Shown piece after piece: positions 40,043 to 49,644 of a DNA stretch of 64,000 bases. The stretch is from Thermodesulfobacteriota bacterium. GTDB taxonomy: Bacteria; Desulfobacterota_D; UBA1144. The stretch spans positions 1,252 through 65,251 of the forward strand of contig JAYZEP010000004.1 of the NCBI GenBank assembly GCA_036337225.1, read 5' to 3'. The first letter of the stretch is position 1; each line of letters opens with the position of its first letter. The position numbers were made by a program, and so were the translations under genes. Under the pieces are notes generated by a model. The model searched no databases. It saw only the letters and a program-made list of their open reading frames with translations, and was not told the origin of the DNA.

Positions 40043-40705
40043 ATGAAGCAATTAGAATTAGATGACTTGGCTAAATTCTTGACCGAGGATAGAAAAAAAA
40101 GAATAGAGGATGTCCTCTCCAATAGAACCAGGGCAATTTCTATACTTCTGGAAGATATTTACCAGGGTCACAATATTAGTGCTGTTTTGCGAACCTGTGA
40201 TAATTTAGGGATTCAAGACGTCCACATATTTCAAGATGTCAATAAAACTCCCCTATCTAAGGGAATATCCTTAGGTTCGGAAAAATGGATCAGCCTACAT
40301 ATAAAAGACAGAAAAATGTCGAAAAAAGTCTATATAGATAGTCTAAAGAAAGAAGGGTATAAAATCATATCAACTGTCTCGTCTTCTAAAAAAGGCTCTA
40401 TCAATTTAGAGACAACAAAATTTCCTAAAAAAATTATTCTTGCATTTGGCAATGAAGAGAAGGGCCTAACAAAAGAGATACTTAACAATTCCGACTTTTT
40501 TCTTACCGTACCAATGCACGGATTTACTCAGAGCTATAATATATCCGTTTGCTGTGCAATAGTCCTTAGCAAAATAGTATCGCTATTAAAAACACAAAAT
40601 AAATTCGTACCCCTTGCGGATAAGGACAAAAAGGAATTGAGACTTGATTGGTACAGGAAATCGATAAAAAATTCAAAGACTATAATTAAGAACTTAACTA
40701 AATAA
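40043..40705 (+). CDS. trmH: SpoU-family tRNA (Gm18) 2'-O-methyltransferase
   Basis: HNISAVLRTCDNLGIQDVHI, AFGNEEKGL and IPMHGFTQSYNISV, the SPOUT knot motifs. Confidence 0.8.
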   Translation: MKQLELDDLAKFLTEDRKKRIEDVLSNRTRAISILLEDIYQGHNISAVLRTCDNLGIQDVHIFQDVNKTPLSKGISLGSEKWISLHIKDRKMSKKVYIDSLKKEGYKIISTVSSSKKGSINLETTKFPKKIILAFGNEEKGLTKEILNNSDFFLTVPMHGFTQSYNISVCCAIVLSKIVSLLKTQNKFVPLADKDKKELRLDWYRKSIKNSKTIIKNLTK

Positions 40706-40707
40706 AA

Positions 40708-41844
40708 TTATTTGAAAAAACGTTTGGGGCTATGGGGGGATAAATCAAATTTGATTTGTCTGTCTTGTGACAAGTCTGCAAGAATTTCTCCTATGGCTGA
40801 AGACATCTTAAAACCATGGCCCGAGCATGCATGACCAAGTATGATGTTCGGATACTTTGGATGTGGTCCTAGTATAAAATTCCTATCAGGAGTGCTCATT
40901 CCGAAACAAGTTCCGACTTGAACAATATTTCCATTTACACCTGGTAAGTATTTTTCTAACCAGTAACGTAAAGATTCTATATCGTCATCGTTGATTTCTC
41001 TATTTATTTCTCCAGTAGAATTTAGATTTTGGGCCTTACTCATACTAAATCCAATCTTAACTCCCGGAATTTTAATTGTAGGGAACCCGTAAGAATAATG
41101 ATCTTTTTCAATCAAGACAAAACTTGGAAAGTCTTCCGGCCCATAACGACTTATATCATCAGGCTCGAACCAGCCAGCAACCAACCGCCATAGAGACAAA
41201 TATTTTGAGAAGTCGGGACATAGTTCATTTATATATGCTCCTACAGTTAAAATTACTTTTTCAGCTTCATAGCGTTGGTTGTTAGCCTGAATTATAACTT
41301 TATCGTCCATGGGCTCAATTGAGGTAACAGGAGTATCAAGTAATATTTCTGCACCATTTCGATCCGCAAGATTGATAAATGTTCGGATACAGGATTCTGA
41401 CAAAAGATATCCAGCAGTTTTATCAAGAAAACCTATAGAATTTTTCCCAATAACAAATTGAGGGTAGAGCTTTCTTACTTCTGTCGAGGATAATATGTCA
41501 TATTCAAGATTATGTTTATCGGCAGATTCTTTTGCATCAATTAACGTAGGATGATCTTCTTCGCCCGCAAATAAAGCTCCCTTTTGAAACAATAGAGACT
41601 CCTTACTTTCATTTTCAATCTCTTTCCATATTTCCTTTGATCTCAAAAGCATAGGAACATAATGCTCACCATTTGAATATGAGAAACGAATCATACGTGA
41701 TTCACCATGTGAAGAGCCATTGTTGTGTCCAATAGAGAAACTATCTATACCAAGAACTTTTTTGCCTGTTTTAGATAATTGATACAGCGTGGAGCTACCA
41801 TGCGCCCCCAGCCCAACAACTATAAAATCGTAAATTAATCCCAC
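40708..41844 (-). CDS. FAD-dependent monomeric sarcosine oxidase / N-methyltryptophan oxidase-like
   Basis: N-terminal dinucleotide fold DFIVVGLGAHGSS, and HACSGHGFK matching the covalent-FAD Cys region of MSOX/SolA. Confidence 0.75.
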   Translation of the reverse strand: MGLIYDFIVVGLGAHGSSTLYQLSKTGKKVLGIDSFSIGHNNGSSHGESRMIRFSYSNGEHYVPMLLRSKEIWKEIENESKESLLFQKGALFAGEEDHPTLIDAKESADKHNLEYDILSSTEVRKLYPQFVIGKNSIGFLDKTAGYLLSESCIRTFINLADRNGAEILLDTPVTSIEPMDDKVIIQANNQRYEAEKVILTVGAYINELCPDFSKYLSLWRLVAGWFEPDDISRYGPEDFPSFVLIEKDHYSYGFPTIKIPGVKIGFSMSKAQNLNSTGEINREINDDDIESLRYWLEKYLPGVNGNIVQVGTCFGMSTPDRNFILGPHPKYPNIILGHACSGHGFKMSSAIGEILADLSQDRQIKFDLSPHSPKRFFK

Positions 41845-41877
41845 TTTGTGATTGTATCAAAAATTTATGGAAAATTC

Positions 41878-41952
41878 CGCGCCTGGAAGGACTCGAACCC
41901 TCGACCTCCAGAGCCGTAATCTGGCACTCTAATCCAACTGAGCTACAGGCGC
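41878..41952 (-). tRNA. tRNA-Arg (anticodon ACG)
   Basis: The reverse complement is GCGCCTGTAGCTCAGTTGGATTAGAGTGCCAGATTACGGCTCTGGAGGTCGAGGGTTCGAGTCCTTCCAGGCGCG. Anticodon loop is TTACGGC. CCA is not encoded. Confidence 0.9.
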
Positions 41953-41960
41953 ATATCAAT

Positions 41961-42050
41961 CGGAGAGAGGGGGATTCGAACCCCCGGTACAAATTTACTC
42001 TGTACGGCGGATTAGCAATCCGCTGGTTTCAGCCACTCACCCACCTCTCC
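41961..42050 (-). tRNA. tRNA-Ser (anticodon GCU)
   Basis: The reverse complement begins GGAGAGGTGGGTGAGTGGCTGAA. Anticodon arm is GCGGA-TTGCTAA-TCCGC. It has a long variable arm and T-arm GGGGGTTCGAATCCCCC. CCA is not encoded. Confidence 0.9.
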
Positions 42051-42085
42051 TGAAGATTGAAATTATAGCACAATTAATTATTAAA

Positions 42086-43528
42086 TCATGGTTGGTGGAT
42101 TGGCAAAAATAAATCCTCGAGATTTTTAACTGGCGTAAAGGAAGCCTTAGGAATTTCTACGAAAATTGTATGCCAATAATGCATACATCCATTCCACAAA
42201 CCTGGTCTTTCGACAAAGATAGATTCTTGATTAAAAATATTCTTTCTGACTTGCATACCAAAAGAATTTTCTGCAAATTGAAATAAATCAAACTTATCTC
42301 CCTTGAAATCTTTAAGCGAACAAACCATTTCCACGGGATTAAAGTAAATACCAGATTCCCATATGGCCTTTTGGTTTGCATCTTTCATGTTTACTTGAGA
42401 TTCCTCAACTATTTGTACTGACTCCGAATTTCCATCAAAAACCCAAAAGGCCTTACCGCCCTTGGATTGATCATCTTTCACTACACCGCAAACACGTATA
42501 GGTTTATTAAGCATATCAATTATCACATCCACTTTCTTCTCAATCGCTTCATTTTTAATCTTATCAGGGAACATGTGTAGAATAGAATCAATTGAAGGGG
42601 CTAAGCGATCGTAATCTCTCTCGATGAAAGTTCTAAGTATCATATCGTATTGCTTCTTTGTATTAGCGACTACGTTGTAAAGTATTTTGGAAATTTCGTA
42701 TCGTAACGTCTTGGTTGTAGGAGAGATATTATCAATATTATTGATAAAAACATAATCGGATTCGACTTCATTAAGGTTACCCAAAAGAGCTCCATGGCCA
42801 GAAGGATGAGTGTATATTCGTCCATCATCATACCTAATAAGGTTCTTGTTCGTATCAAAGCACAGACTATTCGTAGAGGCATCTTGGTAGGAAAATTTCA
42901 CAAAGCCCTCAAAATTAGTTTCATTAAGCAACATGGAGTCATGTAATACTTTTAATATCATTTCTTCGTCAGTTTTTTGAATTGTAAACCATAGATACGA
43001 ATTGATTATGTCCCCTAAAGAATAAAAAATAATCTCTTCTATTGGTGTAACGGCAATATCTTTTAAGAAATGAAATGGCAGTATAGCTTTAGGCAGGGTG
43101 GAAAGGTTCATTTCTTTTTTGGATAGCAGAACATCTTTAAGTTTATCTAAATCTTTATCCTCAATTATTTGATTCAAATCAATGCTATTTTTATCACAAT
43201 AAAAAGAAAGATGATTAAACAAAGCTAAAGATTTGATATTTTTGAAGAACGTATCACTTAAATTGTCAAAATCAAACATCCTAGTTGAAGACCCAGATGC
43301 TGGTATAAATCTTGAGACACTGCTTGTATGTATATCCTGAACTGGCGGCATTTTGTCAACTTCATCAGATGACAATACGCCATCATTTATCAAGCAAGGT
43401 CGAGATAAAACAAGTGTCTTTTTGTTAGTATCAGAACTAATAAATTCTATCTGGGAATTAATCTCGGATTCACCAATCCCTATCGAAGAAAGGAAATCCA
43501 AGTCGCTTTTGTTAAGACTTTTCCTCAT
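42086..43528 (-). CDS. DUF4301-like protein (possible nucleotidyltransferase fold), function unknown
   Basis: 480 aa from ATG 43528. The N-terminal LDFLSSIGIGESEINSQIEF and FIPASGSSTRMF resemble my recollection of the DUF4301 family. The ORF-track start at 43615 runs through tRNA-Asp and is rejected. Confidence 0.45.
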   Translation of the reverse strand: MRKSLNKSDLDFLSSIGIGESEINSQIEFISSDTNKKTLVLSRPCLINDGVLSSDEVDKMPPVQDIHTSSVSRFIPASGSSTRMFDFDNLSDTFFKNIKSLALFNHLSFYCDKNSIDLNQIIEDKDLDKLKDVLLSKKEMNLSTLPKAILPFHFLKDIAVTPIEEIIFYSLGDIINSYLWFTIQKTDEEMILKVLHDSMLLNETNFEGFVKFSYQDASTNSLCFDTNKNLIRYDDGRIYTHPSGHGALLGNLNEVESDYVFINNIDNISPTTKTLRYEISKILYNVVANTKKQYDMILRTFIERDYDRLAPSIDSILHMFPDKIKNEAIEKKVDVIIDMLNKPIRVCGVVKDDQSKGGKAFWVFDGNSESVQIVEESQVNMKDANQKAIWESGIYFNPVEMVCSLKDFKGDKFDLFQFAENSFGMQVRKNIFNQESIFVERPGLWNGCMHYWHTIFVEIPKASFTPVKNLEDLFLPIHQP

Positions 43529-43535
43529 ATTCCCT

Positions 43536-43609
43536 CGGGGTCGACGGGACTCGAACCCGCGACCTCTGGCGTGACAGGCCAGCGTTCTAACCGACTGAAC
43601 TACGACCCC
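43536..43609 (-). tRNA. tRNA-Asp (anticodon GUC)
   Basis: The reverse complement is GGGGTCGTAGTTCAGTCGGTTAGAACGCTGGCCTGTCACGCCAGAGGTCGCGGGTTCGAGTCCCGTCGACCCCG. Anticodon loop is CTGTCAC. CCA is not encoded. Confidence 0.92.
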
Positions 43610-43615
43610 TAACAA

Positions 43616-43687
43616 TGGGCGCTACAGGATTTGAACCTGTGACATCTTCCTTGTAAGGGAAGCGCTCTCCCGCTGAGCTAAGCGCCC
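43616..43687 (-). tRNA. tRNA-Val (anticodon UAC)
   Basis: The reverse complement is GGGCGCTTAGCTCAGCGGGAGAGCGCTTCCCTTACAAGGAAGATGTCACAGGTTCAAATCCTGTAGCGCCCA. Anticodon loop is CTTACAA. CCA is not encoded. Confidence 0.92.
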
Positions 43688-43724
43688 GGAATAGATTTCT
43701 ATACTATATCGGGGGCAACAAATG

Positions 43725-46127
43725 TCAAGAAAGACCGATTGGTTTCTCAGATTCAGTCACATCAACTTTCACAGGCATATCTGGAACAATCAAATCTTCT
43801 AATACTGGCTGATCAGATACGATTGCATGCGGTATAACCTCATCCATATGCTCAACTGCTATAACTTTTACATCTTTTAATACTTCTTTTGGTATATCCG
43901 GCAAATCTTTTTTGTTTTCTTCCGGAATAATAACAACCTTAACTCCACCGCGATGTGCGGCAAGAATCTTTTCTTTAAGTCCACCTATTGGAAGAACTCT
44001 GCCCCTTAAGGTTATTTCCCCAGTCATAGCCAAATCTCTTCTAACTTGTTTTTGTATCAAAGCAGAAAGAATTGCCGTAGCCATAGCAATACCCGCAGAA
44101 GGACCATCTTTTGGCTGAGCGCCTTCAGGAACGTGCACGTGTATATCGACTTTCTGATAAAAACTTCTCTCTAGACCAAGTCTTTTCGCCCTTGACCTTA
44201 CATAACTCATAGCTGCCCTGGTAGATTCTTGCATTACCTCACCTAGCTTACCAGTGACCGTAAACGTTCCCTTGCCAGGAACAATTGAAACCTCAACATT
44301 AAGCAATTCTCCGCCAACTTCGGTCCAAGCTAAACCAGTTGACATTCCAATTTGATTCTTGTCTTCAATCTCACCGTGTTTAAACTTAGGAACCCCAAGA
44401 AACTTCTGTATGAGTTTGGAGTTGATATTTAATGAGAAATCCTTGCCATTTTTCACAACTTCTTTTGCTGTTTTTCTACATAGCGTACCTATTTCCCTTT
44501 CCAGCGTTCTAACACCTGCTTCACGTGTATATCTTTGAATTAGAAAATTCAGTGCTTTGTCAGGAAATTTTGCATTAGTCTCAGTCAACCCATTGTTCTC
44601 GAGCTGTTTTGGAACTAAGTATTTTCTGGCAATCTTACCCTTTTCGAGTTCTGTATAACCTGAGAGTTTAATTATTTCCATCCTGTCTTGCAAGGCCCAA
44701 GGTATGGTATGCAATACATTAGCAGTTGTTATAAAGAGAACTTGAGATAGATCATAATCAACCTCTAAATAATGATCATTAAAAGCTATATTTTGTTCCG
44801 GGTCCAAGGCCTCCAGAAGGGCTGAAGATGGATCTCCTCTAAAATCGGTCCCTATTTTATCAACTTCATCTAGTAAAAATACAGGATTTTTGGAACCGGC
44901 CTTTTTCATCCCTTGAATAATCTTTCCAGGCAATGCACCTATATAGGTCCTCCTATGGCCTCTAATCTCAGCCTCATCACGTACACCACCAAGAGACATT
45001 CTCACAAACTTTCTTCCCATCGCACGAGCTACAGATTTAGCAAGAGAAGTCTTTCCAACTCCGGGTGGTCCAACTAGGCACAATATAGGTCCTTTTTGCT
45101 TTGATGTTAGTGCTCTTACGGCAAGGAATTCGGTAATTCTTTCTTTGGGTTTTTCAAGGCCAAAGTGATCCTCATCTAAAACATTTTGAGCCTTATCAAT
45201 TGAAACTTCATCATCGGTTATGTCCGAGTTCCATGGAAGAGTAACTAACCAATCAATATAATTTCTTACGACAGTAGCTTCCGCTGACATTGACGACATA
45301 TTCTTGAGCTTCTTTATTTCTTTCTCAATTCGTTTTTGTATATCTTCCGGTATGTCTTTCTTTTTTAATTGATCTTCGAATTCAGCGATTTCACTTTTTA
45401 AATCATCTTTGTCTCCAAGTTCCTTTTGAATTGCCTTCATCTGCTCGGTTAAATAATACTCCTTTTGGGCTTTTTCCATTTGTTTTTTCACCCTATTTCT
45501 TATTTTCTTCTCAACTTGAAGAATTTCTAATTCTGATTCAATTTTTCTATATAATATTTCAAGTCTCTCTGCACAGTCGAGACATTCTAAAATCTCCTGC
45601 TTATCGGCAAGTTTGAAATTTAAGTGTGAGGCAATAGTATCTGAAAGCTTGCCAGACTCTTCTATAGATGAAACAGTAACAAGGGTCTCTGTGGGAACTT
45701 TTTTATTAAGTTTCGCATACTCCTCAAAGGCTTCTATTACAGTTCGCATCATTGCATTTGTTTCAGCGTTTACATCATTGGTCTCCGGCAAATCTTCGAC
45801 TTCAACACTAAAAAACTTATTCTCATCGTGAAAACTTTTAAGAGTGGCCCTATTCTGACCCTCAACAAGAACTTTAACTGTACCATCAGGTAGCCTCAGC
45901 ATTTGAACAATGTTACCTATGGTTCCAACAGAATGAATATCATCCGGACCTGGATCATTAGTCTTTGCATCTTTTTGAGCTGATAGAAGAATTTTCTTAT
46001 CATTATTCATCGCCTCTTCTAAAGCTCGTATTGATTTTTCCCTGCCTACAAACAATGGAGCAACCATATGAGGGAAAATAACTACATCTCTTAAAGGTAA
46101 AAGCGGTATGCTATAAGGTTCTTTCAT
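43725..46127 (-). CDS. lon: ATP-dependent Lon protease
   Basis: Walker [10 protein letters not shown], catalytic PKDGPSAG and GGLKEK. ATG 46127 is preceded by SD GGAGGA at 7 nt; the ORF-track start at 46142 is a TTG inside that SD region. Confidence 0.95.
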   Translation of the reverse strand: MKEPYSIPLLPLRDVVIFPHMVAPLFVGREKSIRALEEAMNNDKKILLSAQKDAKTNDPGPDDIHSVGTIGNIVQMLRLPDGTVKVLVEGQNRATLKSFHDENKFFSVEVEDLPETNDVNAETNAMMRTVIEAFEEYAKLNKKVPTETLVTVSSIEESGKLSDTIASHLNFKLADKQEILECLDCAERLEILYRKIESELEILQVEKKIRNRVKKQMEKAQKEYYLTEQMKAIQKELGDKDDLKSEIAEFEDQLKKKDIPEDIQKRIEKEIKKLKNMSSMSAEATVVRNYIDWLVTLPWNSDITDDEVSIDKAQNVLDEDHFGLEKPKERITEFLAVRALTSKQKGPILCLVGPPGVGKTSLAKSVARAMGRKFVRMSLGGVRDEAEIRGHRRTYIGALPGKIIQGMKKAGSKNPVFLLDEVDKIGTDFRGDPSSALLEALDPEQNIAFNDHYLEVDYDLSQVLFITTANVLHTIPWALQDRMEIIKLSGYTELEKGKIARKYLVPKQLENNGLTETNAKFPDKALNFLIQRYTREAGVRTLEREIGTLCRKTAKEVVKNGKDFSLNINSKLIQKFLGVPKFKHGEIEDKNQIGMSTGLAWTEVGGELLNVEVSIVPGKGTFTVTGKLGEVMQESTRAAMSYVRSRAKRLGLERSFYQKVDIHVHVPEGAQPKDGPSAGIAMATAILSALIQKQVRRDLAMTGEITLRGRVLPIGGLKEKILAAHRGGVKVVIIPEENKKDLPDIPKEVLKDVKVIAVEHMDEVIPHAIVSDQPVLEDLIVPDMPVKVDVTESEKPIGLS

Positions 46128-46248
46128 CCAACAATCCTCCAATAAGCGTATATAATATGAACTTAACCATTAAATCAGGTTATGCAAGCAAAATTAACAA
46201 AAATCATCAAAAAGTATAGAAAAAAGCGAGAAATTTTTATTGCTCTTT

Positions 46249-47526
46249 CTAGTTCGAGGCCGATTTTATCTCATCATCGTAAGTTAAAAGCGGCATTTTC
46301 CCCTTGGTAATGACGTCTTCCGTAACAAGACATTTTTTGAGTCCATCTAGGGAAGGTATTTGATATATCAACTCGAGAATAGCATTTTCAACAATTGATC
46401 TTAATCCTCTTGCGCCAGTATCTCTCTTTATCGCCTCTTGAGCTATTGCCCTTAGGGAACTTTCCGTAAATTCGAGAGAAACCTTATCATTGATGTTAAC
46501 TAATTTTTGATACTGTTTAACAAGAGCATTTTTGGGTTCAGTTAGAATTCTTATTAAAGATTCTTCGTCCAACTTATCTAAGGCTGTTATTACCGGAACT
46601 CTACCGATAAACTCAGGTATAAAACCAAACTTAACAAGGTCCTCAGGGCGTATGGAATGTAGACATTCATCCATATTGAGATCTTTTACAGATTTATTTT
46701 CGGTTTGACCAAAACCGATTGTATTTTTTCCTATTCTTGACGCAACGATTTTTTCTAGGCCACTAAACGAACCTCCTAAGATGAATAATATCTTAGTAGT
46801 ATCAAGTGGGATAAATTCTTGCTGTGGGTGCTTTCTCCCTTGCTTCGGTGGCACATTCACAACCGAGCCCTCTATAATTTTTAATAATGCTTGCTGAACT
46901 CCTTCTCCAGATACATCTCTTGTTATAGAGGCATTATCTCCGCTTTTTCTTGCGATTTTGTCAATTTCGTCAATATAGATTATTCCTCTCTCCGCATCTT
47001 TTGCTTCAAATTCCGCAGATTGAAGCAAGCTAAACAACATGTTCTCTACGTCTTCACCGACATAACCGGCCTCAGTGTAACACGTAGCATCAACTATCGT
47101 AAAAGGAACATTGAGAAACTTTGCTAAAGTTTGAGCCAGCAACGTTTTTCCTGAACCTGTGGGTCCGACAAACATAACATTACTTTTCTGGATTTCCACT
47201 TCTTCAGAAGCGTCTTTCTTTTTTTTGGGCTTTAGATCATAGGTAATTCTTTTGTAGTGATTATAGACGGCAACCGACAAATATTTTTTGGCCTGATCTT
47301 GGCCTATTATATAGGAATCTAGGTGTATTTTGATTTCTTGAGGTGTTGGAAGGGTGGTCTCTTCTGTGGAAGGAACTTCATGTATTATTTCATCTTCAAT
47401 AATCTCAGTGCACAACGCAACACATTCGTTACAGATATAGACAGTAGGTCCGGCTATAAGTTTTTTAACTTCTTTTTGAGACTTATCACAGAAAGAGCAT
47501 TTAAGATTATCCTTACTTGAAGCCAT
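46249..47526 (-). CDS. clpX: ATP-dependent Clp protease ATP-binding subunit ClpX
   Basis: N-terminal Zn-binding domain CSFC...CNEC, Walker A GPTGSGKT, and IYIDEIDK. Confidence 0.96.
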   Translation of the reverse strand: MASSKDNLKCSFCDKSQKEVKKLIAGPTVYICNECVALCTEIIEDEIIHEVPSTEETTLPTPQEIKIHLDSYIIGQDQAKKYLSVAVYNHYKRITYDLKPKKKKDASEEVEIQKSNVMFVGPTGSGKTLLAQTLAKFLNVPFTIVDATCYTEAGYVGEDVENMLFSLLQSAEFEAKDAERGIIYIDEIDKIARKSGDNASITRDVSGEGVQQALLKIIEGSVVNVPPKQGRKHPQQEFIPLDTTKILFILGGSFSGLEKIVASRIGKNTIGFGQTENKSVKDLNMDECLHSIRPEDLVKFGFIPEFIGRVPVITALDKLDEESLIRILTEPKNALVKQYQKLVNINDKVSLEFTESSLRAIAQEAIKRDTGARGLRSIVENAILELIYQIPSLDGLKKCLVTEDVITKGKMPLLTYDDEIKSASN

Positions 47527-48122
47527 TATCCCACCTTTGCCTTTTTGGTAATAATATTATCAATAATGCCATATTCTAAAGCCTCTTCGGCTGTTTGATA
47601 AAAGTTTCTTGCAATATCAGAATTAATTTGATTCAAATCTTTTTTGACATGTTTCGAAAGAATCGTAGCTAAGATGCCTTGCTTTCTTTTTGTCTCTTCC
47701 ATTTCTTTTTCTAAATCGTGGAACTGTCCTCCAAGCTCTGTACCTACAGAGTGAAGCATGATTGTGGAATGAGGTAGTGAATTCCTTTTTCCAGAATTAC
47801 CACTTGCCAGAAGTACTGCACTCATACTACCTGCCAAACCAAAGCATAATGTTGCCACATCAGGTCCAACATACTGCATGGCATCATAAATGGCTAATCC
47901 TGCCGTTACACTACCACCTGGCGAATTGATATATAAATGGATATCTTTTTTGGCATCAACTGACTCAAGAAATAACAACTGCCCAACAATTACATTGGCT
48001 ACATTATCATCAATAGGTCCTCCAAGAAAAACTATTCTTTCATTAAGCAATCTTGAATAGATATCATAAGCCCTCTCCCCATTAGAGCTTTGTTCTATGA
48101 CATAAGGTATAAAATAAGACAT
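47526..48122 (-). CDS. clpP: ATP-dependent Clp protease proteolytic subunit ClpP (atypical triad)
   Basis: 198 aa with [15 protein letters not shown] and Ser in GLAGSMSAV. The His context is IMLHSVG instead of IHQP. The Asp171 column reads N in [15 protein letters not shown] (see findings). Confidence 0.88.
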   Translation of the reverse strand: MSYFIPYVIEQSSNGERAYDIYSRLLNERIVFLGGPIDDNVANVIVGQLLFLESVDAKKDIHLYINSPGGSVTAGLAIYDAMQYVGPDVATLCFGLAGSMSAVLLASGNSGKRNSLPHSTIMLHSVGTELGGQFHDLEKEMEETKRKQGILATILSKHVKKDLNQINSDIARNFYQTAEEALEYGIIDNIITKKAKVG

Positions 48123-48175
48123 ATGCTGATTTTAATTTAATCAATATTTATAGTCAATTAAGAAGAATGCTTAAC

Positions 48176-49465
48176 TTATTGAGGCTTCTTGGGTTTAACT
48201 TCTTTAATCGTGGCTTTTGAAATTAACAACTGAATCACTTTTTCGTCAGTAAGTTTCGCTCTTACATCGTCAAGCAAGTTGTTTTCTTCGTAATATTTCT
48301 TAATTTTATTAATCGAAACCTTCTGAGCTTGTGCCATTGAATTTAAAACATTTTCGATTTCTTCATCAGCAACAGAAATATTTTCCACTTTAGCAATCTC
48401 TGCAAAAATAAGTGCTAATTTAACATTTCGATTTGCAGACTCACTAATAACTGATTTCGTTTTGTTATCGACTTCATCAACCTTGATGCCTTGTTGACTC
48501 ATTCTGCTCATATACTCATTGGACAATCTTGCCTCTTCAGCCTCAATGAAAGAATTAGGAAAATCAAAATCATTGTCTAATATTAATTTGTCACCGATAT
48601 TTTTTCTGAGAGTACCTTCCGATTTTGTTTCATATGATTTACTAAGATCATTTGAGATTCTTTCTTTTAATTCATTCTTAGAATTAAGACCAATTTTTTT
48701 TAAGAATGCATTATCTAGCTTGGGGATGACCTTTTTAAATATCTTGTTGATAAGAACCTTGCATCGTACCTTGGCCCCAGCCGCTTCTTTAATAGGAAAA
48801 TCTTTAGGGTAATCGACGTCGAATATCTTCTCCGCTCCAATTTTCATCCCATTAATTTGAGTATCAATTGCTGGAATTAATGATTCGTTTCCCACCTCTA
48901 CTATGACGTTTTCCCTTGTCAAATCTTTAACAATGGCTCCATCAAGTTCACCCGAAAAATTAATGCTTACAATATCTTTTTTCTTAATTTTCTTTCTATT
49001 GGTAATTTCTTCATTGGAAGCAAAATTAGTCAGAACACTGTTAATCGCATCGTCAATATCTTTCTTCTTCACAGAAAATATTTCTTTATTGACTACTAGT
49101 GAATCATATTTTGCGAGTTTAATTTCTGGTATAAATTCAAAATTTAAGGAAAATTTGAAATCGGCATCCTTGTTAACACCTTCATGTTCTAAATCTTTTG
49201 TTGTAACTATATTAATTTTCTGTTCTACCGCTAGTCCTCTAAGGTGACCGTTTATTAATCTCGTCTTGAGTTCCTCATTGATTTGTTCCGAATAAATTGA
49301 CTCAACAACATTGATTGGGACTTTGCCCTTCCTGAAGCCTTTTAAATCGGCATCTTTTTGAAAAAGCTTTACTATTTCAGAATAGTTCTTTAAAACTTCA
49401 GACTTATCAATGGTAAATTTTACATTTTTCTCCGTTTTGCTTACATCGCTTATTTCAAAACTCAT
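48176..49465 (-). CDS. tig: Trigger factor
   Basis: Ribosome-binding signature GFRKGKVP, and position upstream of clpP-clpX. ATG 49465 is preceded by SD GGAG. The ORF-track start at 49507 extends into tRNA-Leu and is rejected. Confidence 0.9.
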   Translation of the reverse strand: MSFEISDVSKTEKNVKFTIDKSEVLKNYSEIVKLFQKDADLKGFRKGKVPINVVESIYSEQINEELKTRLINGHLRGLAVEQKINIVTTKDLEHEGVNKDADFKFSLNFEFIPEIKLAKYDSLVVNKEIFSVKKKDIDDAINSVLTNFASNEEITNRKKIKKKDIVSINFSGELDGAIVKDLTRENVIVEVGNESLIPAIDTQINGMKIGAEKIFDVDYPKDFPIKEAAGAKVRCKVLINKIFKKVIPKLDNAFLKKIGLNSKNELKERISNDLSKSYETKSEGTLRKNIGDKLILDNDFDFPNSFIEAEEARLSNEYMSRMSQQGIKVDEVDNKTKSVISESANRNVKLALIFAEIAKVENISVADEEIENVLNSMAQAQKVSINKIKKYYEENNLLDDVRAKLTDEKVIQLLISKATIKEVKPKKPQ

Positions 49466-49480
49466 ATTAACACTCCAAAA

Positions 49481-49562
49481 TGGGAGCGGGGAGACTCGAA
49501 CTCCCACACCCGAAGGCGCTAGATCCTAAATCTAGTGCGTCTACCAATTCCGCCACGCTCCC
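49481..49562 (-). tRNA. tRNA-Leu (anticodon UAG)
   Basis: The reverse complement begins GGGAGCGTGGCGGAATTGGTAGACGCACTAGATTTAGGATCTAG, followed by a variable arm, T-arm and acceptor CGCTCCC. Anticodon loop is TTTAGGA. CCA is not encoded. Confidence 0.88.
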
Positions 49563-49596
49563 AACACAGCAAACTTCGGTGCTGTTTGAAAAAATA

Positions 49597-49624
49597 AATA
49601 TAATGACAATCCACAGAAAAGCAA
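49597..49624 (-). promoter_or_regulatory. Putative sigma-70 promoter for tRNA-Leu/tig
   Basis: On the minus strand: TTGCTT (49624-49619), 16-nt spacer, TATATT (49602-49597), about 35 nt upstream of the tRNA-Leu 5' end. Motif match only. Confidence 0.3.
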
Positions 49625-49644
49625 TTTAAAGTCACCCTCCAATA

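Noticed and set aside
41795-41992. 65-aa minus-strand ORF in the ORF track.
   Set aside because: It lies almost entirely across tRNA-Arg and tRNA-Ser and the solA-like 5' end. Its 'protein' (GFESPSLR...) is just the translated tRNA T-arm sequence.
43529-43615. N-terminal extensions of track ORFs 42086..43615 and 48176..49507 (MLGVVVQSVRTLACHARGRGFESRRPRG... and MGVRVSPLPFWSVN...).
   Set aside because: The extensions read through tRNA-Asp and tRNA-Leu. Internal ATGs at 43528 and 49465, each preceded by an SD-like sequence, give sensible N-termini, so the shorter models were adopted.
49566-49585. Hairpin ACAGCA-N8-TGCTGT between the M16 peptidase stop and tRNA-Leu, considered as an intrinsic terminator.
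   Set aside because: In the direction of transcription (minus strand) the T-run precedes the stem rather than following it, and on the plus strand the stem is followed by an A-run. It is more likely a tRNA-leader or processing structure, or chance.
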